56,220 nt of DNA from a virus (Duplodnaviria; Caudoviricetes): positions 1-56,220 of the IMG/VR virus record IMGVR_UViG_3300048565_000110; one strand, written 5' to 3'. The notes below the pieces were generated by a model, which was given only the letters and a program-made list of their open reading frames with translations, searched no databases and had not been told where the DNA came from. Position numbers and translations under genes: made by a program. Shown here one piece after another: positions 53,385 through 56,220 of the stretch (positions are counted from its first letter, which is position 1; every line of letters begins with the position of its first letter).

Positions 53385-54389
53385 ATGTATCAGCAAAGGA
53401 AGTCTCTTCTTACTGATTGGGGCCAAGCCCGAGGGGCCGTCGCTCTCCTCTATGTCACAGGCGATCGTCAGCACTGCGAGACACAGATTCACCCAGAGGC
53501 ACTCGATAGGTTCGTTCATCATCTCGATTGCATAGGACAGACCAAGAAGATCAGCTTGATACTCTATACGCGAGGCGGTAGCACCCTCGCCGCCTGGAGT
53601 CTCGTGAATCTAATCCGCCAGTTCTGCGACGAGTTCGAGGTCGTTGTACCCTCCAAGGCACACAGTGCTGGAACACTAATCTCTCTTGGCGCTGATTCGA
53701 TCATGATGACGAAGCAGGCAACCCTCGGTCCCATCGATCCGAGCGTGAACGGTCCTTTGAATCCAGCCATCCCTGGTGCGCCGCCGCAGGTTCGAGCCCC
53801 TGTTAGCGTGGAGGCCATTAATGGCTATCTGGACTTCGCGCGGCAGGGAGCGGGACTGAAGAAGCCCGATCAGCTGAAGGATGTTTTCCTACGCCTCTCA
53901 GATCACATCCATCCGCTGGTGCTTGGAGATGCCTTTCGCTCGCGTTCTCAGATTCGGATGCTGGCGCGACGACTTCTTGCACGCCAGGTGACCGACGAGA
54001 AGAAGATCGGGAGGATCCTCGAGTTCCTGTGCAGCGAATCAGGTAGTCACGATTACACGATCTACCGACAGGAAGCCCGGGATGTACTTGGACTCAAGGT
54101 CGATCGCCCCAGCGACGATCTATATGCAAAACTGAAGGCGATCTACGATGACTTCGCCACCGAACTCCTGCTTGCCGAGCCCTATAGCCCCGAAGTTGCC
54201 TTAGGTGGGCAGCCGGAGATACACTATGAACTCAGGCGTGCCCTGGTGGAGAGTGCCGCTGGCGGGTCGCATGTCTTTGTCAGCCAAGGTAAACTGACAC
54301 AACGGCAGGTTCAGATGGGCCCCGGCATGTTGCAGACAGCCGTCGAGGATCGCCGATCGCTGGAGGGCTGGAGGCATGAGAATGCTTGA
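53385..54389 (+). CDS. SDH-family ClpP-fold serine protease
   Basis: LILYTRGG, AHSAGTLISLGADSIMM...LGPIDP and SHDYTI; visibly lower GC. Confidence 0.85.
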   Translation: MYQQRKSLLTDWGQARGAVALLYVTGDRQHCETQIHPEALDRFVHHLDCIGQTKKISLILYTRGGSTLAAWSLVNLIRQFCDEFEVVVPSKAHSAGTLISLGADSIMMTKQATLGPIDPSVNGPLNPAIPGAPPQVRAPVSVEAINGYLDFARQGAGLKKPDQLKDVFLRLSDHIHPLVLGDAFRSRSQIRMLARRLLARQVTDEKKIGRILEFLCSESGSHDYTIYRQEARDVLGLKVDRPSDDLYAKLKAIYDDFATELLLAEPYSPEVALGGQPEIHYELRRALVESAAGGSHVFVSQGKLTQRQVQMGPGMLQTAVEDRRSLEGWRHENA

Positions 54390-54594
54390 TCGAAATTCCG
54401 CAGCATATGTCCCGTTCTTCGATCCCACCAGTTCCTCCTCCGCCTCGTGCTTCGAGGAGTCCACAGCACCGAGCGGAAACCTAGCCAGTGCCATGAGGAA
54501 TTGGTTTCTGATCATCGAGAACTCAGCACCTGTCCCACCGTCCCGCGAAGAAGCCCCACCGGCCACGAATCCTGCGCGATCCCAGCAAGGGTAG
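54376..54594 (+). CDS. Small Ser/Pro-rich protein translationally coupled to the protease
   Basis: GGAGG RBS; ATG at 54376/54382 overlaps the protease 3' end. Confidence 0.5.
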   Translation: MRMLDRNSAAYVPFFDPTSSSSASCFEESTAPSGNLASAMRNWFLIIENSAPVPPSREEAPPATNPARSQQG

Positions 54595-54687
54595 TGAGTC
54601 TGCCAGTTCGGGAGACGACCAACATCGAGTCCTGCTCGTGTTGGCGCAGGGCCTTGAGGAGCAGAACGGGTTTGGAGTAGCAATCTG

Positions 54688-56220
54688 ATGCGCGCCGCTC
54701 TCTACGTCCGCGTCTCCTCTCAGAAGCAGGCCGAGAAGTGGTCTCTCCCTTCGCAGCGCAAGATCCTCGCCGCGCACGCCGAGAAGCAGGGGTGGAGCTC
54801 CACCCTCTACGACGAGGGCGCTGCATCCGGCGAGACGATTGCCGACCGCCCCGTGATGCGTCGACTCTTGGCCGACGTAATATCAGGGAAGATCGACGTC
54901 CTGCTCGTGATCGAGTGGGAGCGCCTTTGCCGAGCGTCCGACCTGATTGACCTGGCCACGATTACTGGCGTCTGTCGCAAGGCTGGGGTCTTGATCGCCA
55001 CTCCCGAGCGGGTCTTCGACCTGGCCAAGGCCGAGGACGACTTCGAGTCCGACCTCCGCGGCATCCTCGCCAAGCGTGAGAAACGGAAGATCCTCGAGCG
55101 AACCTCTCGCGGACGCGCTGAGGCCCAGGATGCCGGCCGCTACCTCGGCGGTACGGTCCCCCGCGGCTACCGCTACGATCGCAACATCAGTCGCTTGGTC
55201 GTAGACCCGGAACTGGCCCCGATCATCCTGGAGATCTTCACCAGGCCGGAGGGGTCGCTCGTCCTCTCCAAAGAACTCCAAAGACGCGGGATCCCCATCA
55301 CCGATGACGGGGTTCGCTATGCCCGACGTAACCCGGTCTACTCTGGGCGCACCCGGGACACTCGCGGCAAGCTGATACAGGGAGACTGGGAACCGATCGT
55401 CCCGGTGGAGCTCTGGCAGCGGTGGCAGGGGAAGGGCAGGACTTCGGTCCCCGAGGCTCCGGGCCCCTACGCCGTGCGATACCTCCTGACCGGGATTGTC
55501 CGGTGTGCCGCCTGCGGCGGCCCGGTCACCGGTTCCTGCAAGGGGACCATAAAGGGACAGGTACTGACCGGCGATCAGCACTCCTACGTCTGCCGCAGGT
55601 ACCAGCGGGGGTACGCCCGCCCACCGCGGACCTGCCAGAGCGGATTCTACGTCAGAGGTTGGACCTTGGACCTTGCCGCAACGCACGCGCTCGAGGAGCA
55701 TGTCTCCAACAAGAAGCGCCTGCGCCAGGGGTATGAAACGCTCCGGGGCGCTCTGGAGGCCCGGTCTCGCCTTGACCCAGCCGACGACACCCGGAAGGCC
55801 CTCCGCGCCCAGCAGACGCGAAGGGCTCGCGTCCTGGCTGCCATTGAGGAGGGATTGCCGCTCCCGGAAGCCGGAAAACGGCTGGCGACCCTGACCGGGG
55901 AGATCGAGCGCCTTGAGAAGGAGCTGGCCCACGCCCGGGGCGAGGAATTGCAGCTGCCTGCGTTCGCGTCGTTCACCCGGCTCGCGGCAGGGATTCGGGG
56001 CGCGACCGTCGCCTCCAGGAAGTCGATCCTGGCCGCCTTCCTCCGTGAGGGAGTGGCAGACCTCGGGGCGCGCCGCCTGACGCTGCGGTGGCTCCTCGAT
56101 GAGGCCCCGGTAATCTACGAAATCCCGAGCTCCCTTGAGCTTCAGAGGGGGACTCACCTCGCTGGGTCGAGGGACGCCTACGCCGCGGAGCTTGACGCGA
56201 GCGAGTGGCGAGTGGGGTAA
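54688..56220 (+). CDS. int: Large serine recombinase (integrase)
   Basis: ALYVRVSS..Q catalytic Ser, SG...DRP, ERL.R, recombinase domain, LLTGIVRCAACG Zn ribbon and coiled coil. Confidence 0.95.
   Translation: MRAALYVRVSSQKQAEKWSLPSQRKILAAHAEKQGWSSTLYDEGAASGETIADRPVMRRLLADVISGKIDVLLVIEWERLCRASDLIDLATITGVCRKAGVLIATPERVFDLAKAEDDFESDLRGILAKREKRKILERTSRGRAEAQDAGRYLGGTVPRGYRYDRNISRLVVDPELAPIILEIFTRPEGSLVLSKELQRRGIPITDDGVRYARRNPVYSGRTRDTRGKLIQGDWEPIVPVELWQRWQGKGRTSVPEAPGPYAVRYLLTGIVRCAACGGPVTGSCKGTIKGQVLTGDQHSYVCRRYQRGYARPPRTCQSGFYVRGWTLDLAATHALEEHVSNKKRLRQGYETLRGALEARSRLDPADDTRKALRAQQTRRARVLAAIEEGLPLPEAGKRLATLTGEIERLEKELAHARGEELQLPAFASFTRLAAGIRGATVASRKSILAAFLREGVADLGARRLTLRWLLDEAPVIYEIPSSLELQRGTHLAGSRDAYAAELDASEWRVG

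Larger units (their letters stand above)
1..56220. mobile_element. Temperate tailed phage (siphovirus-type prophage), essentially the complete coding region
   Basis: Ordered lysis-tail-head-packaging-replication-cro genes on the minus strand, with divergent repressor and serine integrase on the plus strand. Tape measure and Dit are present and no sheath is recognisable. att sites not seen. Confidence 0.95.

Noticed and set aside
54595-56220. attL/attR sites near the integrase
   Set aside because: The window stops at the integrase stop codon and serine-integrase cores are too short to identify without flanking host sequence

Overview
The window is an apparently near-complete, high-GC temperate siphovirus (prophage) genome, running from the stop codon of a secreted beta-helix gene at base 1 to the stop codon of a large serine integrase at base 56220. 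No att sites are visible. The minus strand carries two blocks. The early block (50026 to about 35000) has cro, Gp3-like, PD-(D/E)XK and Rad50-like recombination genes, an initiator-type tRNA-Met, a replication initiator with iterons, a DnaC-like loader, a RuvC-like resolvase, ParB and a Mor-family activator. The late block (34759 to 1) has packaging, head, tail and lysis genes. The plus strand (50139-56220) carries the CI repressor, an accessory cluster (HsdR-N nuclease, SDH/ClpP-fold protease plus a small peptide) and the integrase. The most notable observations are: (1) a ~430-nt non-coding stretch folding into five contiguous helical domains with two pseudoknot-like crossings, near the tRNA; (2) a 1052-aa protease-scaffold-capsid polyprotein with an internal start and repeated x-K-L-E cleavage-like motifs that stop at the predicted mature capsid; (3) two diverged small-terminase paralogues bracketing a ParB / adenine methyltransferase / RHH cassette; (4) a glycosyltransferase-methyltransferase cassette inserted between tail tube and tail chaperone genes; (5) five signal-peptide proteins in the late region, two of which share a leader motif; (6) a -1 frameshift in the tail chaperone. 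All family calls come from motif recognition by eye; no database searches or folding programs were run.
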